The notes under the pieces: generated by a model
The model's database searches: none
The model's input: only the letters and a program-made list of their open reading frames with translations
Told to the model about the DNA's origin: nothing
Assembly: GCA_946547305.1 (NCBI GenBank)
Contig: CAMNOX010000005.1
Span: 8,654-72,653, forward strand
From: an uncultured Cytophagales bacterium
Lineage (GTDB): Bacteria; Bacteroidota; Bacteroidia; Cytophagales; Amoebophilaceae
Reading direction: 5' to 3'
Length of the DNA: 64,000 nt
Program-made: the position numbers and the translations under genes
Shown here: in pieces, positions 37,388 through 46,551 of the stretch
How positions within the stretch are numbered: the first letter of the stretch is position 1
Layout: the number at the start of each line of letters is the position of its first letter

Positions 37388-38389
37388 ATGGGCTACAAAT
37401 TAATACTCTTAATCTTTCTTAACGCAGTAGGATATAAGATATTTTCAAGTGATAAAAATGATAAAAATAACAATAACATTACAAAAAAAAGTGACTCACC
37501 AAGGAAGAATTTTATTGTATTAAGGGTTGGTGGTGGATTAGGTAGTATAATGAATGATATCACATATAACAAACACAATGAACATAAAAAATGCCTAGCT
37601 AATACACCATTATTAAATCATATTATGAATCTGGCGCAAGGATGTTCAAACTTTCGTTATGCAAATATCTTTAAAAATATAAGAGAACATGGGTTTAGTT
37701 ATTTACTACAAAATTTTAATATAGGATGTGATATTGTTTACAACAAATATTTAATAGGGAATACATTCTTCAGCTTTGGGGTAAGTCTAAGATATACAAG
37801 TAAAATCATTACAGATGGATACTTAAGAAATCTGAGAATATACCTTAATGAATATATAAGAAAAATTTCAGATTCAGAAAACCAAGATAATGAGATAGAA
37901 AACTATAATGAAAAAGTAAGAATGATGAAGGAACACAAATTTGAAGAGGACAATTTAGAAGAGTCATTTAAGAATTTAAATACATATATTGCTAAAAATT
38001 ATTATGTTAACAAATTAAACTTCATTAATATTGGAGGAAGTTTGGGATTTACGTTTCTTTTAGACAAAAAATCATATGACAAAAGCTTTTTTATTAGTTT
38101 ATCTGTGTTTCTAAGGTACAGAAAATTATTATCATTTGTTCTAGAAAAAAATGATAAAGAAGAATATATATCAATTGACAATAGCTTTTTAAGAATTAAC
38201 CCATTCGATGTTTCTCTTGGTTTTGAATTTGGAAAGGCAAATGTAATTTCTGTCTTATTTGAACTTGGGATAACATCTATGCTTCGTAATATTGACCAAC
38301 TAAATAGTGATAATCTTTATAGTTCTAAACAAAAAAACAATATAAATATACGTGATATAACAATTTCAATTAGGTATAATAAGTTCTAA
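37388..38389 (+). CDS. hypothetical outer-membrane-like protein
   Basis: 333 aa. Signal peptide and a beta-rich sequence. No motif recognised. Confidence 0.45.
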   Translation: MGYKLILLIFLNAVGYKIFSSDKNDKNNNNITKKSDSPRKNFIVLRVGGGLGSIMNDITYNKHNEHKKCLANTPLLNHIMNLAQGCSNFRYANIFKNIREHGFSYLLQNFNIGCDIVYNKYLIGNTFFSFGVSLRYTSKIITDGYLRNLRIYLNEYIRKISDSENQDNEIENYNEKVRMMKEHKFEEDNLEESFKNLNTYIAKNYYVNKLNFINIGGSLGFTFLLDKKSYDKSFFISLSVFLRYRKLLSFVLEKNDKEEYISIDNSFLRINPFDVSLGFEFGKANVISVLFELGITSMLRNIDQLNSDNLYSSKQKNNINIRDITISIRYNKF

Positions 38390-38463
38390 GTAATATTAAT
38401 CTATCGGTAAAGTGGCTATCAAATAGTTTTCTTGTAAAATTTTAATATTATTTTAATATAAAT

Positions 38464-40212
38464 ATGGATCACATTTTCTCTGTAAAAATAAATGGTAAGA
38501 ATATTGAGCAAAATTTCCCAATAAATAATATTACAATTTCAAAAGGTATAAATAAAGTACCATATTGTAGTGTGAGGATATATGAGGCAGTGAATACAAA
38601 AAATGAATTATTTATAGATAACTCATTAATCAGCATTGGTTCAAAGGTAGATATAGAGGCAATTAATAAAAACAACGAATTAGAAAATATATTCTCTGGA
38701 ATTTTGTTAGATATTTTGCTAGATATAAATAATGAATTTAATGAAAATTTTGTTGAATTAAAATGCTATTCAAAGGCTCATCAGATGGATATTGCAAAAA
38801 ACTCGACATGTTTTTTAGACAAAACAGATTCTGATATTCTAAAAAGCATTATTTCAAAATACGGTTTACAATCAGATATAGGTGATATGTCACTGAAACA
38901 TGAATTTATATATCAAAATGACCTAACAGATTGGGATTTTATTGTCACTAGAGCTGAACTATACGGCTATGTTGTAAATGTTGATAACGATAAAATAATT
39001 GTAAATTCACCCAAAAAGAAGTCTTCAAATGTAAGAATAAACTTTTCAGATATAATATCAGCAAATATAAAATTAGATTCAAATTCACAGATAAATTCAA
39101 TAAATGCTAAAATATGGGATATAAAAACACAGGAAGTGAAAGAAATAAAAAATAGTACGCAAAAAGAAAACTCATTTGGGAACATAAAAAGTGACGATAT
39201 TGTATCAAAAACAGGGAAACATGATTCAAATTTATCAATTGATAGTTTAAGTGAGGATGAAACAAAAAAAATTCTTAATGGATTTATTGATATAAACAGA
39301 TTTTCAAAAATATGTGGTTACGTAGTTATTAATAGCAATACTGAATTAAAGCCAAATACAACACTAAATTTAAATAAATGTGGAAAAGTATTTACTGGTG
39401 ATGCTTATATTAATTTTGTACAGTATATGTATAATGTTGATGACTGCTCGTGGAGGGTAAAATTATATATTGGTATAAATAAACATTGTTTTATAGGTAA
39501 AAGCAATGCAGAGGATATCAATAAAAGCATTACATCAAATATAAACAATTTAAAATATGGTAAAGTCATAAAAATTTCAGAAGACCCAGAATCAAATTAT
39601 AGGATATTTGTAACAATTCCGACTATAAATAATAAAAATGAAGGTGTTTGGTGTAGATTATCGTCTTTATATGCCTCTAATAAAGGCGGGATATTGTTTA
39701 TGCCAGAAAAAGATGATGAAGTTATTGTTGGATTCATAGATGGTAATGCAAGTAGCCCGATAGTCGTTGGTAGTGTTTATAGCTCCAAAAATAAGCCATC
39801 TGTTGAAATAGAAAGTGAAAATGGAATCAAATCAATAAAGACCAATAACGAATTAGAAATAAATTTTAATGACAAAGATAAAATAATTAATATTAAAACT
39901 GGTGAAAAAAGAAGTATTGTAATATCTGAAAAAGATTCAAATATTGAGATAGTAAATGAAAACGATAAAATAACTATAGGCAATGGTATAATAAACCTAG
40001 AAGCAGATAAAGAAATATCAATAAAGAGTAAAGATATCGACATAAATGCATCCGGGAATGTTAAAATTAAAGCTGGGAGTAATGTCTCGGTAGAAGGTAA
40101 CAATATTAAAATGAACGGGTCTATGGCGGCTAATATCAAAGGCGGGACTAGCTCAAAGTTTGAATCATCTGGCATTACAGAGATCAAAGGCTCGATTGTG
40201 AAAATTAACTAA
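38464..40212 (+). CDS. VgrG/Afp8-like spike protein (gpD-gp5 fusion) of a contractile injection system
   Basis: LTDWDFIVTRAELYGYVV (gpD-like). GVWCRLSSLYASNKGGILFMPEKDDEVIVGFIDGNASSPIVVGSVYS (gp5 OB-fold signature). The C-terminus has a beta-helix repeat sequence (...IKSKDIDINASGNVKIKAGSNVSVEGNNIKMNG...). Confidence 0.8.
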   Translation: MDHIFSVKINGKNIEQNFPINNITISKGINKVPYCSVRIYEAVNTKNELFIDNSLISIGSKVDIEAINKNNELENIFSGILLDILLDINNEFNENFVELKCYSKAHQMDIAKNSTCFLDKTDSDILKSIISKYGLQSDIGDMSLKHEFIYQNDLTDWDFIVTRAELYGYVVNVDNDKIIVNSPKKKSSNVRINFSDIISANIKLDSNSQINSINAKIWDIKTQEVKEIKNSTQKENSFGNIKSDDIVSKTGKHDSNLSIDSLSEDETKKILNGFIDINRFSKICGYVVINSNTELKPNTTLNLNKCGKVFTGDAYINFVQYMYNVDDCSWRVKLYIGINKHCFIGKSNAEDINKSITSNINNLKYGKVIKISEDPESNYRIFVTIPTINNKNEGVWCRLSSLYASNKGGILFMPEKDDEVIVGFIDGNASSPIVVGSVYSSKNKPSVEIESENGIKSIKTNNELEINFNDKDKIINIKTGEKRSIVISEKDSNIEIVNENDKITIGNGIINLEADKEISIKSKDIDINASGNVKIKAGSNVSVEGNNIKMNGSMAANIKGGTSSKFESSGITEIKGSIVKIN

Positions 40213-40303
40213 CAGACAAAATATAAAATATTAAAAATATATACTGTAATATAAATAAAGTCATTTTGATTTTTTAAATTTTCTGATTATCAAATTAGTA
40301 TAA

Positions 40304-41203
40304 ATGAATTTAACAGACTTAAAAATTGGAGAAATAGGATTCATAAAAAGCATACATCATGAAAAATCTTTAATAAATAAACTAGTTGAAATGGGATTCG
40401 TTGAAGGTGAAGAAATACAAATCATGCATGTATCTCCATTTAAAGATTCAGTTATTGTAAAAATAATGGATTATAAGTTGTCATTAAGTTTCGATGAAGC
40501 TAAAAATATAGAAATTACTAAAATCAAATGTAATGAAGAACAAAATAGTGATAGTAGTCAGAGTTGTGACAATTGGTTTAGAAGATTAAAGGAATACCTA
40601 AAATTTTGCGATATAACTAGTTCGCAATGCGAAAACTGTAGGAATTATATCCTTTGTAAGAACACAAATAAAAGTAACCAAGATTTAAAATTTGTACTTG
40701 TTGGAAACCCAAATTGTGGTAAAACTACCTTGTATAACTTACTAACGAAAAGAAATGAAAGTACAGGGAACTATTCAGGAGTTACTTTAGATATTAAGTC
40801 AGACATATTTTATTTTGACAATTACAAAATACATATTTATGATTTGCCAGGTATTTATTCGCTAAATGGGTATTATAATGAAGAGAAGGTAACAATAAAT
40901 TTTTTAAAAACCGAAAATATTGATCTAGTAATAAACGTTATAGATTCAACAAAATTAAAAAGGAGTTTATTTTTGACGTATGAATTAAAAAAAAAATACA
41001 GATTTCTTCTTTGTGCATTTAATTTATATGATGAGTTCAAATTAAATGGATATAATATAGATTTTGATAAATTCGAAGATAATTTTGAGATATTTACTGA
41101 GCCTACAATATCTAAAAATGGAATAGGAGTTAACAATCTAATAAAAAAAGGCATAAATATAATTAAATATATTAAAGCAAATAATTTAGTAAACTATAAA
41201 TAA
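40304..41203 (+). CDS. feoB: FeoA-FeoB(G-domain only) protein; the feoAB fusion lacks its permease domain
   Basis: FeoA (LKIGEIGFIKSI...MGFVEGEEIQI). G1 GNPNCGKTT, G2 GVTLD, G3 DLPG, G4 NLYD. The ORF stops at 299 aa, directly abutting tRNA-Leu. Normal FeoB has an additional membrane domain of about 450 aa. Confidence 0.75.
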   Translation: MNLTDLKIGEIGFIKSIHHEKSLINKLVEMGFVEGEEIQIMHVSPFKDSVIVKIMDYKLSLSFDEAKNIEITKIKCNEEQNSDSSQSCDNWFRRLKEYLKFCDITSSQCENCRNYILCKNTNKSNQDLKFVLVGNPNCGKTTLYNLLTKRNESTGNYSGVTLDIKSDIFYFDNYKIHIYDLPGIYSLNGYYNEEKVTINFLKTENIDLVINVIDSTKLKRSLFLTYELKKKYRFLLCAFNLYDEFKLNGYNIDFDKFEDNFEIFTEPTISKNGIGVNNLIKKGINIIKYIKANNLVNYK

Positions 41204-41286
41204 GCGGAGATGGCGAAATTGGTAGACGCATTAGATTTAGGTTCTAATATCTTAAAGATGTAAGGGTTCAACTCCCTTTCCCCGCA
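41204..41286 (+). tRNA. tRNA-Leu (anticodon TAG)
   Basis: Fold: GCGGAGA-TG-GCGA-AATTGGTAGA-CGC-A-TTAGA-TTTAGGT-TCTAA-long variable arm-AAGGG-TTCAACT-CCCTT-TCCCCGC-A. One A:C mismatch in the acceptor stem. Confidence 0.85.
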
Positions 41287-42335
41287 CACGTTATATTTTT
41301 TATATCGCTATCATTATCCATTGCTAATTTTTTTCTTTTAAACGTTCTTATCCAACCTGGCAATAACAAAAGCCCTAAGAAAATATACAAATAAAACGTA
41401 AGTATTCTCCAAATAATAATAACAATAATAGAATAATCATTTAAAATGTGATGATAAAACTCATTAAATATATATTCGATAATACCAGAACCTCCAGGAG
41501 TTGGTGATATAAGCATAGTCACCCACAATACAAGATGCCTACAAAATACCTCTATGTGTTCAGCCAGAGACAAATGTTCAAAGCACTGTACTACCGAATT
41601 TAATACCAAATACCTAGAAATCCACGTTAGTAGAGTAATAAATAATATTAAAATCCAAAAATTTAATCCATATTCTTTTAAGATTTTAGACGAATTTATC
41701 ATATCATTAGCACTTTTCTCGGCACTAGGCTTGTATCTTTTTAAAAACCATATATTTGTAACTTTCAATACTATATATTTAAAAATTTCAGGTTTAACAA
41801 AAACAGAACATGTCATTATAGTCGAATACACAAGTATTAAAATATAGCTGGTTATATATAAACCCGAAATTGTAGTAGAGCTAAAATTAGAAAATAAAAA
41901 TCCTACTGGAGAAATTAACAGAAAGAAATAATTATCAAATGTAGCAGTTATCATTACATAGGCTATTGCTCTACCTATTGAAATACCTTCATGCAAAAAG
42001 AAAAGTACGGCAATAAAGCCACCTCCAACTGCTGATGGTGTGATTGATGATGAAAATTCCCATAAAGCAATGATTATAAAACAATTAATAAAAGATATTT
42101 CTTTTCTGACAAGTAATCTAATCCTAAGAATATATAAAAGATCTCTGACAACCACAAGAAAAACAGAGAAAAGAAGATATTTAATATCTATATTCTTAAT
42201 AAGTGCTAAATTATGTAATGTAAAGTTTTTGTCTCTATAAATCAGAATACCAACTATTGAAAATCCTATTAAAACAGTAATGAAAGCCTTTCTAAAATTC
42301 AATGTTTTTTTAACATCTTCAACACTGTTAACCAT
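41268..42335 (-). CDS. UPF0104 / lysylphosphatidylglycerol-synthase-TM-region-like flippase-type membrane protein
   Basis: 355 aa and polytopic. Paired motifs ITPSAVGGGFIAV and SPTPGGSGIIEY. The 3' end overlaps the tRNA-Leu 3' end by about 19 nt on the opposite strand. Confidence 0.7.
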   Translation of the reverse strand: MVNSVEDVKKTLNFRKAFITVLIGFSIVGILIYRDKNFTLHNLALIKNIDIKYLLFSVFLVVVRDLLYILRIRLLVRKEISFINCFIIIALWEFSSSITPSAVGGGFIAVLFFLHEGISIGRAIAYVMITATFDNYFFLLISPVGFLFSNFSSTTISGLYITSYILILVYSTIMTCSVFVKPEIFKYIVLKVTNIWFLKRYKPSAEKSANDMINSSKILKEYGLNFWILILFITLLTWISRYLVLNSVVQCFEHLSLAEHIEVFCRHLVLWVTMLISPTPGGSGIIEYIFNEFYHHILNDYSIIVIIIWRILTFYLYIFLGLLLLPGWIRTFKRKKLAMDNDSDIKNITCAGKGS

Positions 42336-42344
42336 AATTAGTTT

Positions 42345-42488
42345 CTATTCTATACTATCTAATCTACTTAAAATATTGACTAACAAGCAAAACTCTTTAT
42401 TGAATTTCAATCTCTCGCTATCATTAAGTTTTATTCTTGCAAAAAATTCAATTTTATCATATAACTCATTATCCAATACTTCGCTCAT
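42345..42488 (-). CDS. 47-aa GatC-like N-terminal stub (possible truncated gatC)
   Basis: Not in the ORF track. MSEVLDNELYDKIEFFARIKLNDSERLKFNKEFCLLVNILSRLDSIE aligns by eye with the first half of GatC (..L..lA.LArl.l.e.E...f...l..il..v..L.e.d). It stops about 45 codons early. Confidence 0.4.
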   Translation of the reverse strand: MSEVLDNELYDKIEFFARIKLNDSERLKFNKEFCLLVNILSRLDSIE

Positions 42489-42630
42489 TATCTATTAGTT
42501 AGAACATAAATTACAAAAAAAAATAAAAAGCTGATATTATTTAAGGATTTTTTCAAAATGCAAAGTATATCAATCAAAACAATATGTGTAAATGGTAATT
42601 ATTTTATATTAAAAATATACTAACAACTAA

Positions 42631-45600
42631 ATGAATACAATGTATGATAATGACAAAGACATGAGTAATACCAAAATAGATCAAATCAATAATATATGTA
42701 ATTTCATCAATTATTGTTATTTATATAGCGATATAATAAAATTCGATAAGGAAGATGAAAAAATAAACTTGTTTTGTAAATTCTTAGAAAACGACGATAT
42801 TGTAATATATTCATTGATAATAAAAACAAATCATATAAAATTAGCTAATTTTTTTGTAGATAAGATTTTGAGTTTAAAAAATACACCAAACATTATTTTA
42901 GACTCTAACATCATCATACCAGTAATTGACATAATACACGAAATATTAATTTTACTGAAATATTGGTATGATAACCTATCGGAAGGTAATAAACTAAAAA
43001 ATAAAATATTAGTAGGTTCCGAAGAATTTCTCCAGGATATAACAACTCTATTAATTATATTACAAAGCATTGAAAATAAAAATTCGTCATACGAAAAAAA
43101 ACTAGATGACATCACACAATTACTTAATGAGCGACCTTTCAATTACTATAGCTATGAGAAAATTGAAAATAATGTACTTGCAAAAAACAAGATAAATATA
43201 TACACATATATTTTTAACTTAATAAGGCAAACATCTGAAAACCTTATCATTAAAATTATTGAATTACAAAATGTCGCAAAAAATGATTTTTTTAATGTAT
43301 TATATAACAAAAACCATAATCCTCATATCTCACTACTTTTAACATTTTCTAAACTACTTGAAAGCGTTAACAAAAGGGTAGTTAAGTTTTATTCTAGGTT
43401 CAAGGATTATTATTATAAAGGAGTTTTAATGTTCAAAAATTTACCAGAAAAAAAAGATCATACACTGATAATGCTAACCATAAATGACTCAAAAGAAAAA
43501 AAATTTATACAAAAAAATACAACAGTAATTGGGAAAGATGAAATAAACAACGAGGATGTAAAATTCAAAACTATTAATAATATACAAATTAGCTCAACAA
43601 AAATAAAAACGATTAGAACTGTTTCAAAACTTCTAAATACATCAAACAAATATACTTCTTCGCCAGTAGCAATTTATAAAATAGGTGAATATTTAATGGA
43701 TGATGTATATAAAAATAATATGATTCTTTATTTGTTCTCAAAAAAACGAGAAAATGACGTTAATTTTCTATCAACTAAACGTAATATGTTAGGTTATTCA
43801 TTTATTTCCAAAATATTTAATCTCAAAGATGGTGAAAGGAAAATTACATTTCTCTTTAATCTAGACGAGGCTGATCTAATCAAATTTATAAAAACATTTT
43901 CCGAGGAGGAGATAATACAACAGAATACAGATAATATAATATCAGACTATGTTAATATTTTAAATAATTCATTTAAATTAGACTATTCATCTGCTGATAA
44001 GGTAATAAGTATTCCCAAAGAGAATATAAGTACGCAATGGGATTTTGCTAACAAAACTATTATTCTAGATATCAAGCTGACCTCCGATATGCCAGAGGTA
44101 TCTGCTCCAAATGGTAAACCATGTGATAAATATGCAAATAATATGCCATTTATTAGAATATTGGCTGACAATAAAAAATTATTTTGGGCATTTTATACAT
44201 TTGTAAATATAAAATTTAAAAATATCACAGTATCAGTAAATGTTACAAAATGTAATAATTTAACATTACAAAATGATCTTGGAATTATTGATATAGATAC
44301 TATTTTTCAACCATTTGGCCCATTTCCAAGATTAAATTCAATGATATATTTAACAAATGAGGAAATATTTAGTAAAAAGATATCATCACTAAAAATTAAA
44401 ATAAAATGGGATAACCTGCCAAAAAATGGATTTAGCCAATACTATAGGGAATATAACAAAGATATAGATAACAGTAGTTTTCGAGTGTCTATATCTTTAC
44501 TTAATGGAAGTGAATGGTGTCCAATTAATGGTGAAGACAGGCAAGTTCTAAACTTATTTTGTGAAAAAAGCGATGGGACATTAAATGACGAAACAGTTTT
44601 AGACATAGATATAAATAAACTCAGGATAAATGAATGTACTAAATTTATTCACAACCAATATCTTACCTCTACATCAATAGGTGGATTTATAAAAATAGAA
44701 CTGATATCGCCAAATATTGCCTTTGGCCACAATTTATACACAAAACTGATAGCAAAGACATTAACGGAGAAAAAAGATAAGATTGTAAAAGATATTGTTG
44801 ATATTGAAGTGAATTCCCCATACACTCCGTCTATAAAAAAAATATCATTGGACTATTCGGCAGAAACTGAATTTAATAAACAAACTGATAATGAAATTAT
44901 AATTAATACAATACATCCTTTTGGATATTTCAAAGATTTCCCCATAAAAACACTTAAACCAAAAAAGAGCAATGGAGATGTTGACCTTAACCTATGGAAC
45001 ACTTCTACAATTTATATTGAACTAATTGATGTAAATTTCACTGTTATTGATTTATATTTTATGATAGACGAGGCTAGCGTTCATTCAGACAAGATTAATT
45101 TCAAAGTAGGTTATATAGACAAGAATGAATGTGTTTTCCTTGATGATAATGCGATAATTGAAGATAAAACAAATGGGTTTACACAGTCAGGGACTATTAA
45201 GATAAGAAAACCAAATATAGGTAAATTTGAAAATACATATATAGAAAATAATTATAAAAATTCATTATGGCTGGCCATATTGCTTCTTGAAAAAAGAATC
45301 AATCTACCAACAATACTTGGAATTTATTACAATTGTGTTGAAGTAATCAGAGAATCTAAATACAATAATCCACTTACACAGTTATCATTAAAGTCTTTCG
45401 AAGACAAAGATTTAAGGGATATACAAATTTTACAACCATTTAAATCATACGGAGGAGATATTGAAGAAAATGACGAAAAAATGTATAAAAGAGTAAAAAA
45501 TAGACTACAAATTAAAAATAGATGTATTTCCGCTGATGATTACGTAACATTCATACTTGAGAATTTTAATATGATAAAATATGTCGAAGTAGTAAAAAAT

Positions 45601-46302
45601 TATGACGAATGTGGAAATATAAGTAAGGATATTGAACATAAGGATCAACCTGGGAATGTAGATATAGTGGTAATATTGAACACAAGTGAATACCAAGAAA
45701 ACGGGAGAATATTTCCAGAAGCCAGCCCAATGTTACTAAGCAAGATAACAGCAAAATTGAAAAAATATTGTTCTCCATTTTCAAAAATAAACATCATCAA
45801 TCCACAATATGAAGAGTTAAAGGTTATGATTAGAGTAGTCTTTGAAGACGATTTAGATCAAAATATGTACATAAAAATACTAAATAATGAAATATCAAAA
45901 TTCATATCACCTTGGCTCTACGATAACAACATAAACATATGCATCTCAAAAAAAATATCAGTAATAGATTTCATTATATACCTCAAAGCAAAAAGTTATA
46001 TAAAACACATACTTAATTTTAATATTGTAAAATTCTATAAAGACGAAATAATATGTACATATGGCTTTAATGACTCTATATATCCAAATTCATATCATAC
46101 AATTTTCTATTCATCAAGCAGACATGAAATAGTTGTTGATAACTTAAGATGTGATAACAAAAATGATTTAAGTATTGGGAATGCACATATAGAGGAGGAT
46201 TTGATAATAAGTGCAATAAAGGAGAACCGAGAACAAAATGAAGGTAATTCTAAGGTACCTATAGATGAAACCATAAATGAATATTTCCTAAAATTTAAAT
46301 AA
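42631..46302 (+). CDS. giant baseplate-J (gp6/Afp11)-like contractile-injection-system baseplate protein
   Basis: 1223 aa. Near the C-terminus, ...KNRCISADDYVTFILENFNMIKYVEVVKN...QPGNVDIVVIL...INIINPQYEELKVMIRVVF matches the Baseplate_J signature (R.vT..Dye.l....p.v......pG.v.v.v....v..P.y..v.v). Confidence 0.65.
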   Translation: MNTMYDNDKDMSNTKIDQINNICNFINYCYLYSDIIKFDKEDEKINLFCKFLENDDIVIYSLIIKTNHIKLANFFVDKILSLKNTPNIILDSNIIIPVIDIIHEILILLKYWYDNLSEGNKLKNKILVGSEEFLQDITTLLIILQSIENKNSSYEKKLDDITQLLNERPFNYYSYEKIENNVLAKNKINIYTYIFNLIRQTSENLIIKIIELQNVAKNDFFNVLYNKNHNPHISLLLTFSKLLESVNKRVVKFYSRFKDYYYKGVLMFKNLPEKKDHTLIMLTINDSKEKKFIQKNTTVIGKDEINNEDVKFKTINNIQISSTKIKTIRTVSKLLNTSNKYTSSPVAIYKIGEYLMDDVYKNNMILYLFSKKRENDVNFLSTKRNMLGYSFISKIFNLKDGERKITFLFNLDEADLIKFIKTFSEEEIIQQNTDNIISDYVNILNNSFKLDYSSADKVISIPKENISTQWDFANKTIILDIKLTSDMPEVSAPNGKPCDKYANNMPFIRILADNKKLFWAFYTFVNIKFKNITVSVNVTKCNNLTLQNDLGIIDIDTIFQPFGPFPRLNSMIYLTNEEIFSKKISSLKIKIKWDNLPKNGFSQYYREYNKDIDNSSFRVSISLLNGSEWCPINGEDRQVLNLFCEKSDGTLNDETVLDIDINKLRINECTKFIHNQYLTSTSIGGFIKIELISPNIAFGHNLYTKLIAKTLTEKKDKIVKDIVDIEVNSPYTPSIKKISLDYSAETEFNKQTDNEIIINTIHPFGYFKDFPIKTLKPKKSNGDVDLNLWNTSTIYIELIDVNFTVIDLYFMIDEASVHSDKINFKVGYIDKNECVFLDDNAIIEDKTNGFTQSGTIKIRKPNIGKFENTYIENNYKNSLWLAILLLEKRINLPTILGIYYNCVEVIRESKYNNPLTQLSLKSFEDKDLRDIQILQPFKSYGGDIEENDEKMYKRVKNRLQIKNRCISADDYVTFILENFNMIKYVEVVKNYDECGNISKDIEHKDQPGNVDIVVILNTSEYQENGRIFPEASPMLLSKITAKLKKYCSPFSKINIINPQYEELKVMIRVVFEDDLDQNMYIKILNNEISKFISPWLYDNNINICISKKISVIDFIIYLKAKSYIKHILNFNIVKFYKDEIICTYGFNDSIYPNSYHTIFYSSSRHEIVVDNLRCDNKNDLSIGNAHIEEDLIISAIKENREQNEGNSKVPIDETINEYFLKFK

Positions 46303-46335
46303 TCAAAAAAAATGTGTAACTTTATCCATGTCGAT

Positions 46336-46408
46336 GGGGGATTAGCTCAGGTGGTAGAGCAATTGCTTTGCAAGCAGGAGGTCGTCAGTTCAAGTCTGAT
46401 ATTCTCCA
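46336..46408 (+). tRNA. tRNA-Ala (anticodon TGC)
   Basis: Fold: GGGGGAT-TA-GCTC-AGGTGGTA-GAGC-A-ATTGC-TTTGCAA-GCAGG-AGGTC-GTCAG-TTCAAGT-CTGAT-ATTCTCC-A. The G3:U70 identity pair is present. Confidence 0.9.
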
Positions 46409-46475
46409 CATTATGAAAAACAACTTTGATGTTATTAATATTTATATTTTATTTATAACATTTTCAATGTAGTTT

Positions 46476-46548
46476 GGTGATATAGCTCAGTTGGTAGAGC
46501 AATGGTCTGAAAAACCATGTGTCATTGGTTCGATTCCAATTATTACCG
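46476..46548 (+). tRNA. tRNA-Phe (anticodon GAA)
   Basis: Fold: GGTGATA-TA-GCTC-AGTTGGTA-GAGC-A-ATGGT-CTGAAAA-ACCAT-GTGTC-ATTGG-TTCGATT-CCAAT-TATTACC-G. Confidence 0.9.
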
Positions 46549-46551
46549 CTT

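Noticed and set aside
46322-46330. DnaA-box-like TTATCCATG just upstream of tRNA-Ala as evidence for oriC
   Set aside because: It is a single imperfect 9-mer (two mismatches to TTATCCACA) in AT-rich DNA and is expected by chance. I saw no cluster of boxes and no adjacent dnaA or dnaN.
46519-46551. GTG start given by the ORF track for the DUF502-like gene
   Set aside because: The first 30 nt would lie inside tRNA-Phe (46476-46548). The in-frame ATG at 46552, directly after the tRNA, is far more plausible.
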